Positions 37,369 to 48,770 of a stretch of DNA of 64,000 nt are shown piece after piece (within the stretch, counting starts at the first letter, position 1; each line of letters starts with the position of its first letter). The notes beneath the pieces were generated by a model. That model searched no databases, had not been told where the DNA came from, and saw only the letters and a program-made list of their open reading frames with translations. Source of the DNA: an uncultured Acidobacteriota bacterium (GTDB lineage Bacteria > Actinomycetota > Acidimicrobiia > Spongiisociales > ZC4RG35); NCBI GenBank assembly GCA_963828465.1, contig CAWHEU010000024.1, positions 1-64,000 of the forward strand, read 5' to 3'. Made by a program: the position numbers and the translations under genes.

Positions 37369-37750
37369 GGGGACGTCGCCGATTCCGAGAAGGTTCGTGG
37401 CGACCGGGGAAGTATAGATCTCACCGGTGCCTGCTCAACATCAGATCGAGGTGGAGTGCGGGTTCCCCTTGTGGGGTCGGCGAGCGCCCAATTCACACGC
37501 TTTAGCAATCGCTCTCGGGTCGGGACCCGGTCTCTAGGAAGGTCTAGTCCACTCCGGCGTTCACTAAATGGTCCGGATGATCCGGGACCTCATGAGACGT
37601 CCCTGGCGATAATACATTCGAATGCGGGGGCGATGACCTTCGCTTGCCAGGGAACATTGGGGGAGGCTGTGGTGGGGACGGGGTTAGAAAGACCGTCGCC
37701 TTGGGCCAGTGGTGAGACCGACCCCCTTCGAATAGCAAGGGGTGTTGGAT

Positions 37751-38590
37751 ATGTTGAAGAATCGCTGGCGGTCGGCGCTCGCGGGTTTCACGGTGGCGTT
37801 GACATTGGTGACCGTCATGGTGCCTCTGGTAGCGGGGGCTGCTCATCAACCACCAAATGATACGGAGCCAGGCGGCCCCGGTAACAACGAGGCCAACGAG
37901 ACTCCCTATTGGGTCGAGTACCTGGACGATGTGAGAGACATCGAAGACGCTTCGTGTAGCAAGATCAACCAGGCAGCAGGTACCGCTTTCGTGATGCCGG
38001 CTGAGCCTGTTGGTAGAGACTGGGTGTTGGTGGTCATCAAGCAGGGAATTGTCAACTACGTCTACAACGACCCGGAGGCAGGTCACAGCTATCCGTCAGT
38101 GGGTCAGAACGCACCGGGATTCAGTCACGTCATTGTGTGCTCGGTCAAGGAGAAGGTCACGACGACCAGCAGCACGTCGAGCACAACGTCGAGCACAACT
38201 ACCAGCAGCACGACGACCACGAGCAGCACTACCACGACGACTGATCCGACGACCACCACGACCACGACTCAGCCGACCACGACCACGACTCAGCCGACGA
38301 CTACGACGACGGGCGATCCGGGCACTACCACGACCGCGGTTGGTGATACGACGACGACGGGCGATCCTGGCACCACCTCGACCATTCCGGACGAAGTGCT
38401 GCCGACGGTGGTCACCAGCACGACGCTTGGGGACGAGGTGCTTGGCACGACCATCGTGGCAGGCGAGTTGCCCTTCACGGGCGTCGACGGCGAAACGCTG
38501 GGTCCTCTGGCCTTGGTCCTCCTGGCACTGGGGGCGTTGACCCTGCTTGCGGCGAAGTCGATTCGTGCCCGGTCTAACGAAGAGAGTTGA
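37751..38590 (+). CDS. Secreted Thr-rich protein with LPxTG-type sorting signal
   Basis: Signal peptide, two-Cys domain, long Thr tract, then LPFTG, TM helix and basic tail. Confidence 0.8.
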   Translation: MLKNRWRSALAGFTVALTLVTVMVPLVAGAAHQPPNDTEPGGPGNNEANETPYWVEYLDDVRDIEDASCSKINQAAGTAFVMPAEPVGRDWVLVVIKQGIVNYVYNDPEAGHSYPSVGQNAPGFSHVIVCSVKEKVTTTSSTSSTTSSTTTSSTTTTSSTTTTTDPTTTTTTTQPTTTTTQPTTTTTGDPGTTTTAVGDTTTTGDPGTTSTIPDEVLPTVVTSTTLGDEVLGTTIVAGELPFTGVDGETLGPLALVLLALGALTLLAAKSIRARSNEES

Positions 38591-38807
38591 TCGGACGGTC
38601 ACCTTGCGTTGGTCGACCCTCCTTGATCAACGCAAGCTGAATGGTGGGTGCCGGTCGGCGACTCCGACCGACCCCCACCACCAAATCGAAGAGTCCCGCG
38701 GATAGACACCGGCGTCAGGGACGAACCGATCGCCTGATCGAACCGTATTGAAGTTGTTCGAAGTGGGGTATGGCCGAGATCTGAGGCAGCAGCGCTAGGA
38801 GGTGCCT

Positions 38808-39668
38808 ATGTTGCGCAAGACCCTCAAGATCGGGCTGGCTACGACCCTGTTCGTGGTAGCCGCCCCGTTGACCGCTCTGGCAGACGGAGCCGAGTTTGAA
38901 GCGGACCTGAGCCCCGACGAGGAAGTAGCGACGCCACCTGTTGAGTCGGACGGAGAAGGTGAAGCTGAGTTGACCGTCCGCAGCGGCCAGGTTCGCTATG
39001 ACGTGGAATGGGAGGACCTGACCAGCCCCGTGATCATGGGCCACATCCACTGTGCCCCTGCCGGAGTGAATGGCCCGGTCGGGGTGACCCTGGTCCACGA
39101 GCCACTCGAGGCCGACGACCGAGTCCGGGGATCGTTCACCGGGCCCGACGCTGGCAACGCCTGTCTGTGGGCAGATCTCGAGGATGTTCTCGCCGCGATC
39201 TCTTCAGGCGAGGCTTACGTCAACATCCATACCGAGAACTTCCGTGGGGGCGAGATCCGGGGACAGCTCCGGATCGATGATCTCGAGTTCGAATTCGGGC
39301 TCGACCCCGAGCAGGAAGTTCAGACCCCTGCGGTGGTCTCGGATGGCGACGGCGAGGCCGACCTCGAGCTACGCAGGAATCGTGTCCGTTACAACGTGGA
39401 GTGGGAGGACCTGACCAGTGCCGTGATCATGGGCCACATCCACTGTGCGCCTGCGGGTTCCAACGGCCCCGTCGGGGTGACTCTGGTCCATGAGCCCCTC
39501 GACACTGACGACCGAGTCCGGGGATCGTTCGCCGGGCCTGACGCCGGCAACGCCTGCATGTGGGCCGATCTCGGTGATGTTCTTGGAGCTATGGCAAGTG
39601 GCAACGCCTATGTCAACATCCACACCGAGAACTTCCGTGGAGGCGAGATCAGAGGACAGGTCCGCTGA
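38808..39668 (+). CDS. Secreted protein with two CHRD domains
   Basis: GHIHCAPAG.NGPV and YVNIHTENFRGGEIRGQ occur twice at a 393-nt offset. Confidence 0.9.
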   Translation: MLRKTLKIGLATTLFVVAAPLTALADGAEFEADLSPDEEVATPPVESDGEGEAELTVRSGQVRYDVEWEDLTSPVIMGHIHCAPAGVNGPVGVTLVHEPLEADDRVRGSFTGPDAGNACLWADLEDVLAAISSGEAYVNIHTENFRGGEIRGQLRIDDLEFEFGLDPEQEVQTPAVVSDGDGEADLELRRNRVRYNVEWEDLTSAVIMGHIHCAPAGSNGPVGVTLVHEPLDTDDRVRGSFAGPDAGNACMWADLGDVLGAMASGNAYVNIHTENFRGGEIRGQVR

Positions 39669-39699
39669 AGGACTGATTGAAAAGGACGCCGGGCGCTAT

Positions 39700-40062
39700 C
39701 TAGCGCCCGGCGCTCCGTCTGGTATCCACCAGTTCGCCAACGATCCTCTCGACTAGCTCGTAGGGGATTGGCTCGTTCAGGGGGAACTGCACCGTGTCTT
39801 TCCCGGATCGATAGACGGCTACCTCCTCCTCCAGGGGCTCGTCGAGTACGTGGATCGGGTAGATGCTCACGTGCCGTTTCCAACCGGCGAAGTAGATCAG
39901 ATATTTGCCGTCGAGGGTGACCGTCGGAATCTGATAGCTGATGGTCTCCTCGGTGCCGGGCGCGGCGGACATGATCCGCCGTCGTATCTCCTCCAGGATC
40001 ACCTGGACCTCAGGCGGGAACGACTCGATATAGGCATCGACCGTGTCGAACCTGTTTGCCAT
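39700..40062 (-). CDS. DUF1801 (YdhG-like) protein
   Basis: VDAYI, ETISYQIP, HVSIYP and QFPLNEPIPYELV motifs. Confidence 0.88.
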   Translation of the reverse strand: MANRFDTVDAYIESFPPEVQVILEEIRRRIMSAAPGTEETISYQIPTVTLDGKYLIYFAGWKRHVSIYPIHVLDEPLEEEVAVYRSGKDTVQFPLNEPIPYELVERIVGELVDTRRSAGR

Positions 40063-40098
40063 CGAGATCGCAGAATACGCGGATCCCCCGGAACGCGA

Positions 40099-40139
40099 CA
40101 GGGACGTCTCTCAGTTGTCGCACCTGAGAGACGTCCCTG
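40099..40139. terminator. Strong hairpin after the lipoprotein gene
   Basis: CAGGGACGTCTCTCAG / CTGAGAGACGTCCCTG perfect 16-bp stem. Confidence 0.6.
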
Positions 40140-40161
40140 AGTCGGGCTCTTCGATCGCTGC

Positions 40162-40731
40162 TTAGTAGTCGCCGCGGTCGACGTCGTTGGAGGCTGACGG
40201 GCCTTCGATCATGTTCCCGTCAGCGCCGACGACGAACCAAACCCCACCCACCCCTTGGCCGTTGACGTCGCCCGGGGCTTCGTCAGGCGTGAACCGATAG
40301 AGCGGCATTCCGTTGACGGTCAGCTGCTCGGTCCCGTCGTCACGGGGGGAGGTCCCGAACAAGGAGGCATCGAGATCGGCGCCGATCGCAGTGTCACCGG
40401 GGACTGCCGGCCAGTTCGCGGCACAGTCGTCGTAGCAAGTGCTGGTGCCCTCGGTGTCGTTCGTGAAGATGTAGATGGTGAAACCCTCGGCGTCGACCAG
40501 GATCGAACCTAGGTCGGTTTCGGCCGTGCTGACGCCCTCGGCCGCAGGCTCAGTGGCGGGGGTGGTGGTCTCCTCGGCGGCTGCGGCGGTGGTGGTGGTC
40601 GCGTCCTCGACGGCGGCGGATGTGGTGGTGTCACCGGTGTCGGCCACTGTTGTGTCACTGGTTCCCTCCTCGCCACAGGCGGCTATCACCAGGAGAGCCG
40701 CTGTCAACAGGGTCAGGGTGCGTCGCTTCAT
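40162..40731 (-). CDS. COG4315-type lipoprotein (secreted repeat)
   Basis: IAAC lipobox, CYDDCAANWP, PLYRF..D and GQGVGGVWF motifs. Confidence 0.88.
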   Translation of the reverse strand: MKRRTLTLLTAALLVIAACGEEGTSDTTVADTGDTTTSAAVEDATTTTAAAAEETTTPATEPAAEGVSTAETDLGSILVDAEGFTIYIFTNDTEGTSTCYDDCAANWPAVPGDTAIGADLDASLFGTSPRDDGTEQLTVNGMPLYRFTPDEAPGDVNGQGVGGVWFVVGADGNMIEGPSASNDVDRGDY

Positions 40732-40805
40732 CGTTTTCTCCTCTGTCTGTTGCATTCTCTACGCATCGGAGCGTCGCATGGTTCGCAACCTGGCAGAATC
40801 CCCCT

Positions 40806-41324
40806 GTGGACCGCGAGGTTCTGGAACGGTTCCGGCTCGGTGATGAGGCGGCGGTCAAGGCCGTCTATGACCGATACGGTGGGCCGGTGTTCGCTCTTTC
40901 GATGAGCATCTTGGGCGAGCACGGCCTGGCCGCCGACGCCACACAACAGACTTTCATCAAGGCCTGGCGCGCCGCATCGACCTACGACGCCGGCCGGAGC
41001 TTCGGGCCGTGGATCTATGCAATTGCACGGAGGACGGCAATCGACCTCTACCGGAAACGGGCGAGGGTGGTAGTGAGTGACGACGTCGACGTCGTCACCT
41101 TCCCGATCGGCCTGGAGACGGTGTGGGAGGTGTTCGAGGTCAGGTCCGCCCTCGACCGTCTCCCCGACGAAGAGCGTCAGGTGATCAAGATGAGTCACTT
41201 CGACGGACTCACCCATGTCGAGATCGCAGAAAGACTCGACATCCCCGTGGGCACGGTCAAGTCCCGGTCGCATCGAGCCCATCAGCGACTCATAGAAATG
41301 CTCAAACATGTGGAGGAGGCGTGA
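40806..41324 (+). CDS. ECF sigma-70 factor (SigK-like)
   Basis: Region 2 DATQQTFIKAWR..WIYAIARR and region 4 EIAERLDIPVGTVKSR. Confidence 0.9.
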   Translation: MDREVLERFRLGDEAAVKAVYDRYGGPVFALSMSILGEHGLAADATQQTFIKAWRAASTYDAGRSFGPWIYAIARRTAIDLYRKRARVVVSDDVDVVTFPIGLETVWEVFEVRSALDRLPDEERQVIKMSHFDGLTHVEIAERLDIPVGTVKSRSHRAHQRLIEMLKHVEEA

Positions 41325-41373
41325 TGGTGCTGCGAACCGGCGGGGGGTCGTGGGACGTACTGGCTAGAGGGCT

Positions 41374-42018
41374 ATGACCACTGAAGATTCGCGCGCGCAC
41401 TACCTGGCATCCGGGGCCACGGAGGGAGGGGAGAGTCACGAAAGGCTCGACCTGATCCGCGACGTGCTGTCCACTGATGCGACCTGGTCCGAGCCACCCC
41501 CGCAGGTCGCCGACGGCCTGTTAGCCGCGCTGGCCGTGGAAGCGATCCCCGCCCCGGCGATGAACCAGCAGCGTTCAGGCCGCTGGGCATTGGTCCTAGC
41601 CGGAGCAGGAGGTCTTGTTGCGATCGGAGCCTTGGTCCTGGGCACGATGAACGTCATTCAGGACGAGGGTGACAACGTCGTGGCGATGAGTGGGACCGAG
41701 CTCGAGGCGGCAGCCCTCGGCGAGGCGGAATTCGGGCCGAACGAGGCCGGGTGGTGGATCCGCCTCGATGTCACCGGTCTTCCCCCGGCGCCCGACGGCA
41801 GTTACTACGAGGGCTGGGTCTGGAGCGACGAGGGGGAGGGAGTGAGCATTGGCACCTTCCATTTGCGGGGTGAGGACATGCCCATCGTGCTCTGGTCGGG
41901 GGTCCCCCTGGCCGACTACCCCTCGATCTGGGTGACCCTCGAGAGCGAGGACGACGGGCCGGAGGCGTCCGAATTGATCGTAATGAAGGGGCGCATCCAG
42001 CAGGTTCCCGAGGCCTGA
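41374..42018 (+). CDS. Anti-sigma factor (RskA-like)
   Basis: Single TM, GLPPAP..YYEGW, GTF and VTLE motifs; follows the sigma gene. Confidence 0.82.
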   Translation: MTTEDSRAHYLASGATEGGESHERLDLIRDVLSTDATWSEPPPQVADGLLAALAVEAIPAPAMNQQRSGRWALVLAGAGGLVAIGALVLGTMNVIQDEGDNVVAMSGTELEAAALGEAEFGPNEAGWWIRLDVTGLPPAPDGSYYEGWVWSDEGEGVSIGTFHLRGEDMPIVLWSGVPLADYPSIWVTLESEDDGPEASELIVMKGRIQQVPEA

Positions 42019-42022
42019 TCCG

Positions 42023-42250
42023 TCACTCTCCCCGGAACAAGCGGCTCACCAGGCTGAGGATCAGGCTGGCCACGACGCTGACCACCAGCATCGAGGTGAT
42101 AGGGATGAAGATCGTCGCGTTCTCCGTTTCCCGTTTGATGTCGCCCGGGAGGTTCCCGAACCAGGAGAACAGGCCAGGGAAATAACGGAGCGTCACCCCC
42201 ACCACGACGAGCCCGGCACCGATCGCGATCAGGAGATTGGCGCCACGCAT
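42023..42250 (-). CDS. DUF2905 small membrane protein
   Basis: FGNLPGDI and FIPITS motifs. Confidence 0.85.
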   Translation of the reverse strand: MRGANLLIAIGAGLVVVGVTLRYFPGLFSWFGNLPGDIKRETENATIFIPITSMLVVSVVASLILSLVSRLFRGE

Positions 42251-42253
42251 TGC

Positions 42254-43270
42254 TCAACCCGCGTGCCGCAACACGACTTTGCCCACCTGCTCACCGGCTT
42301 CGAGGTACTCGAGCGCGGCGGGAAGGTCGGTGAAGTCGAACACCTTGCTCACCGGCGCCCTGGCGCCCAGTGTGCCGACCCACGTCGTCGCACGGGCGAA
42401 TTGCGCGTGGTTGGCCATCGACGAACCGATCAGCTCGAGCTGGCGGAAGAAAAGGCTGGGGATGGTCAACTCCATCTTCGATCCGCTGGTCGCTCCACAG
42501 ATGGCGATCCGACCCCCCTTCTTGGCCGCCCGCATCGACTGGCGGATGGTGGCCGGGCCCACGTTCTCGATCACGACATCGGCCCCTCCCAGAGCGGCCA
42601 TCTCAGTCCCGAACTCGGCGTCGGACAGGAAGCCTCCCGCCGCTCCTTGCTCGACGGCCCAGTCGATCTTGTCCTGAGACCGTGAGGTGACATACACCTT
42701 CGCCCGCATGGCGAGGCCGAGCTCCATTGCCGCTGCCGAGACCCCGCCCCCGACACCGACGACGAGCAGGGTCTGCTCCGGCTTCAATCCGGCCCTCTCC
42801 ATCATGCGGAGCGCGGTCGCGGTCACCAGACCGAACGAGCCGGCCACTTCCCAGGGCATCGCCGATGGTTTGCGGATTGCGTTGATGGTCGGGATGACGA
42901 TTTTCTCGGTGAAGGTCCCCGGCCTGTGTTCGCCCAGGATCTGGAATGAGTCGCAGTAGACGATCTCGTCGTTCCGACATTGCGGGCACTCACCGCAGGA
43001 GAAGGATGGGTCGATGATGATCTCGTCCCCGATGTCGAATCCGCTTACCCCGTCACCGACCCCTTCGACCGTCCCTGCTCCGTCGGCGCCACCGATATGG
43101 GGAAGGTGCTTGGGGGCGGGAAGGCCCTGCGATACCCAGAGATCGAGGTGATTGAGCGCCGAATGGCTGATGCTGACCCGTATCTCGCCGGGCCCCGGCT
43201 CCGGGTCCTCGACTTCGTTTAGCTCGTACGACCCGATGCCCTGAGTGTCGGTGAGCTGCCAGGCCTTCAT
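42254..43270 (-). CDS. Zinc-binding dehydrogenase (MDR family)
   Basis: NHLDLW, GADGAG, CGECPQC..C and GVGGGV motifs. Confidence 0.9.
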   Translation of the reverse strand: MKAWQLTDTQGIGSYELNEVEDPEPGPGEIRVSISHSALNHLDLWVSQGLPAPKHLPHIGGADGAGTVEGVGDGVSGFDIGDEIIIDPSFSCGECPQCRNDEIVYCDSFQILGEHRPGTFTEKIVIPTINAIRKPSAMPWEVAGSFGLVTATALRMMERAGLKPEQTLLVVGVGGGVSAAAMELGLAMRAKVYVTSRSQDKIDWAVEQGAAGGFLSDAEFGTEMAALGGADVVIENVGPATIRQSMRAAKKGGRIAICGATSGSKMELTIPSLFFRQLELIGSSMANHAQFARATTWVGTLGARAPVSKVFDFTDLPAALEYLEAGEQVGKVVLRHAG

Positions 43271-43313
43271 CGAGGCGAGGGTAGCCTCGGACCGTCTGAG
43301 TCGAGGAGAGGGA

Positions 43314-43745
43314 TTGGGCGTCGAGCTACCAACGGATCGCGAGGTGCACGTCTCGTCGGTCAAGGTGCGTTTCTACGAGCTCGACCCCTACGACCACGTC
43401 AATCACACCAACTACTTCTCGTATTTCGAGACGGCTCGCATCGACTACCTCACCGAAATGGGGTGGGGCCTCGACCGGCTCAAGGAGCAGGGTTGGCAGC
43501 TCGTGGTCGTCGACCTGAACGCTCGGTTCTCCGCCGCCGCCCGGTTCGGGGAAGAGCTGATGATCCACACCTGGATCGAAGAGGTGGGCCGCGTGAAGTC
43601 GACCTGGCGGCAGGTGATGCTGCGAAACGACGAGGAGGTTGCACGCCTGACCGTTTCGGCTGCCTTCACCGACCTGGTCGGCAAACCAAGACGCATCCCG
43701 CCCGAATTCGCCGACCACATCAGAGGTCTGATACCCCGAACCTGA
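43314..43745 (+). CDS. Acyl-CoA thioesterase (4HBT/YbgC-like)
   Basis: VRFYELDPYDHVNH..YFETAR motif; TTG start after GAGGAG. Confidence 0.88.
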   Translation: MGVELPTDREVHVSSVKVRFYELDPYDHVNHTNYFSYFETARIDYLTEMGWGLDRLKEQGWQLVVVDLNARFSAAARFGEELMIHTWIEEVGRVKSTWRQVMLRNDEEVARLTVSAAFTDLVGKPRRIPPEFADHIRGLIPRT

Positions 43746-43757
43746 GGCTGTGCGTGC

Positions 43758-46076
<2,319 letters not shown>

Positions 46077-46201
46077 GTTCAAGGGAAAGATCCTCCTAGG
46101 GGGTTGCGGGCCGAGACTGTAGTGGAGGCCAATTCCTGTCGACAATCAGCACAACGGTGGGGTCTACCGTTGTATTACCGCTCACGAGGAAGGAATCGCA
46201 C

Positions 46202-46834
46202 GTGCTCGAAGGTTTGGTCGAATGGGTGACCTCGGTGGTCGAATCCCTCGGCTACGGGGGTGTCGCCTTCCTCGTGGCCCTGGAGAACCTGTTCCCGCCG
46301 ATCCCTTCCGAAGTGGTGCTGCCATTGGCCGGATTCGTGGCGGCGAATGGTGAGGCGTCGCTGGCCGGGATGGTTGTGGCCGCAACGATCGGGTCGATGA
46401 TCGGCGCTTTTCTCCTTTATGGCATCTCAGCCGCAATCGGCCCGGTTCGGCTCCGAGCGCTCGTCGTTCGCTACGGCCGTTGGTTCCGGCTCGACGAGGC
46501 CGATCTCGATCGCACCGAGGAGTGGTTCGACAGGCGCGCCAACGTCGCCGTCCTTATCTGCCGTTGTGTGCCGTTGATGCGGTCGCTGATCTCGATCCCG
46601 GCAGGGTTCCGGCGGATGTCGATCATCCCCTTCACGTTCTACACACTGATCGGCAGCCTGGTCTGGAACGTGGTGCTGATCGGGGCGGGGTACCTGCTCG
46701 GGGAGCGCTGGGATCAGGTCGAGGAGCCGTTGGAGCTGTTCAAGAACGCGGTCCTGGCCGCGATTGCCATCGCCGTCGCCTGGTACATCTGGCGCCGAGT
46801 CGTCCGGCCCCGGGTCCGAGGGGCCTCCGGCTGA
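46202..46834 (+). CDS. DedA family protein
   Basis: LENLFPPIPSEVVLP and RSLISIPAG motifs. Confidence 0.92.
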   Translation: MLEGLVEWVTSVVESLGYGGVAFLVALENLFPPIPSEVVLPLAGFVAANGEASLAGMVVAATIGSMIGAFLLYGISAAIGPVRLRALVVRYGRWFRLDEADLDRTEEWFDRRANVAVLICRCVPLMRSLISIPAGFRRMSIIPFTFYTLIGSLVWNVVLIGAGYLLGERWDQVEEPLELFKNAVLAAIAIAVAWYIWRRVVRPRVRGASG

Positions 46835-46854
46835 ACCCGTAACCCTCCCGCCCG

Positions 46855-46982
46855 CCTCGTCTGCGCTGCACGTGGTCGGTCCGGGCCCAACGTGGTGCAG
46901 CCCGTTCGACAAGCTCCGCTCGGTCCCTCGTCCGCGCTGCATACCGCTGATCTGGGGCTGACGGATTGCAGCGCAGACGAGT
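46855..46982. repeat. Two palindromic units (16-bp arms, 25-nt loops) upstream of the DUF559 gene
   Basis: Consensus CCTCGTCYGCGCTGCA-N25-TGCAGCSCAGACGAG at 46855 and 46926; first right arm degenerate. Confidence 0.8.
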
Positions 46983-47030
46983 GAAAACGATGGGGTTGAA
47001 CAACGGTCGGCGACCCACCATGTTGAGGAG

Positions 47031-47948
47031 GTGGGGGATTCAGCCAGTCTCTACCGGATCGCCGCCAGGCAATGTGGGGCGTTCAACATCGTCCAGGCCC
47101 GCGAGACAGGATTTGATCGATCGGCGGTGCACCATCGAATCTCTACCGGCACCTGGACCCGATTGGACGACTCGGTGTATGCCCTGGTGTCGGCACCTCG
47201 AACCTGGAGGCAGACCCTGTGGGCGGCCGTATTGAGTCGGCCCCGAGCAATCGTCACTCATTGGAGTGCCTGTCGTCTCCTCGACATGAGCGACATCCCC
47301 AACCATGAGCCGATGATCCTGACTCCCAGGGCATCGAATACGAGATCCTCGGTGGCGCACATCTACGAATCGGATCAATTCGACCGAATCGCCGTGACCA
47401 CGGTTGACGGACTGCCTGTCACGACCATGCCCGAGACGATCCTGGTGCTTGCCCGAGACGTGAAAGGGCAGGTGCTGACACATGTTTTCGACGAGGCGGT
47501 GGTATCAGGCAAACTCGATCTGAAGGCGATGTCGGCCACCATCGACCGCGAGGCCGGTCGCCGAACACCCGGAACGCCGCTGCTGCGACGTCTGACGTCG
47601 TCGCGGTTGCCGGGCGCCCGTTCGACGTCTTCGTCGTATCTCGAGAGGCTGCTCGAGGTGGTTCTTCACGATCCACGGATGCCCGGATGGACCCGCGAAT
47701 TCGAGTTCTCTCTGGATGGTGTTCCATCGCGGGTGGACTTCTACATCCCATCGGCCCGGGTGGTCATCGAGGCGGATGGCCGGAACTGGCACACCAGATG
47801 GGAAGCATTCGAGTCGGACCGTCGACGAGACAATGCACTCGCCGCCCGAGGCATCCAGGTCCTCCGTTTCACCTACGACATGTTGAAGTCGGAACCGGGG
47901 AAATGCCTCGAGCAGGCGATAACGACCTGCCTCCTTCGCGCTGCATGA
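47031..47948 (+). CDS. AbiEi-like N-terminal domain + DUF559 (Vsr-like) nuclease protein
   Basis: AARQCG, GLPVTT..TI, S.LE, RVDF, IEADG..WH and DRRRDN.L..RFT motifs. Confidence 0.85.
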   Translation: MGDSASLYRIAARQCGAFNIVQARETGFDRSAVHHRISTGTWTRLDDSVYALVSAPRTWRQTLWAAVLSRPRAIVTHWSACRLLDMSDIPNHEPMILTPRASNTRSSVAHIYESDQFDRIAVTTVDGLPVTTMPETILVLARDVKGQVLTHVFDEAVVSGKLDLKAMSATIDREAGRRTPGTPLLRRLTSSRLPGARSTSSSYLERLLEVVLHDPRMPGWTREFEFSLDGVPSRVDFYIPSARVVIEADGRNWHTRWEAFESDRRRDNALAARGIQVLRFTYDMLKSEPGKCLEQAITTCLLRAA

Positions 47949-48058
47949 CGTTGGGCTGGCGACGACATGCTGCAGCCCAGACGAGGACCGTCGATGACCG
48001 CCCTCGTCTGTGCTGTGTTTGGTCGGGCTGCAGCTAACGGAGTGCAGCCGAGACGAGG
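47930..48058. repeat. Two palindromic units (16-bp arms, 25-nt loops) downstream of the DUF559 gene
   Basis: Left arms at 47930 and 48002, right arms at 47971 and 48043. Confidence 0.8.
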
Positions 48059-48067
48059 ACGGTCGAT

Positions 48068-48770
48068 TCAGCCCAGGAAGTCCCGCACCCAATCGTCGGC
48101 CGGACGGGCGAGGATGTCAGGGAGGGTGCCGGACTGGACGATGGAGCCCTCCCGCATCAGGGCGATGCGGTCGGACAGCGCCTCCGCCTCCTCACGATCA
48201 TGAGTCACCACCAGAGCGGTCACCCCACCATCGGACAGGATGCTCCGGGTGTCGACCATGAGACGCTCCCGAAGGGCACGGTCGAGGGCGCCCAGCGGCT
48301 CGTCGAGCATGATCATTCGGGGCTCGGGGGCGAGGGTCCGGGCCAGAGCCACCCTCTGCTTCTCGCCACCGGACAGATCGGTGATCGATCGATTGTCGAA
48401 GCCGTCGAGCCCGACCAAGTCCAGGGTGGCGGCTACCCGTCGACGCATGTCGTTCTCGGGCAGGTTTGCCATGCGGAGTCCGAAACCGACATTCCCGAAG
48501 ACATCGAGGTGCGGGAATAGGGCATAGCCCTGGAACATGAGGCCGAAGCCCCGGAGATGGGTCGGGACCGTGGTCACGTCCTGGCCGTCCCAGGTGATCG
48601 ACCCCGATTCGATCGGCACCAACCCCGCCACGGCCCGTAACAACGTCGATTTGCCCGATCCCGAGGGCCCGAGCACTGCCACTGTCTCGCCTGTCTCGAC
48701 CGTCATGGTGACATCCCTGAGGATGAGTTTCTCGCCCAGGCGGACGTCGATCGACTTTCACGCCCAGCAT
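48068..48770 (-). CDS. thiQ: Thiamine ABC transporter ATP-binding protein (frameshift near 48757)
   Basis: GPSGSGKST, LSGGEKQR and LDEP motifs; removing one A joins ATG 48770 to the ORF. Confidence 0.82.

Noticed and set aside
37600-37740. c-di-AMP, c-di-GMP or raiA motif assignment for the leader
   Set aside because: The conserved core sequences of these families could not be matched.
38158-38385. ACG/ACC-rich tandem repeats
   Set aside because: Explained by the Thr-rich coding linker of the LPFTG protein.
43739-43750. Single AACCTGAGGCT match (and AACCTCACGCT near 52714) to the 35-bp element
   Set aside because: Isolated motifs with no partner at 35 bp; may be chance or remnants.
46855-48058. 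CRISPR array interpretation of the constant-length spacer repeats
   Set aside because: The units are inverted-arm palindromes in two pairs split by a gene, the arms are degenerate, and no cas genes are present.
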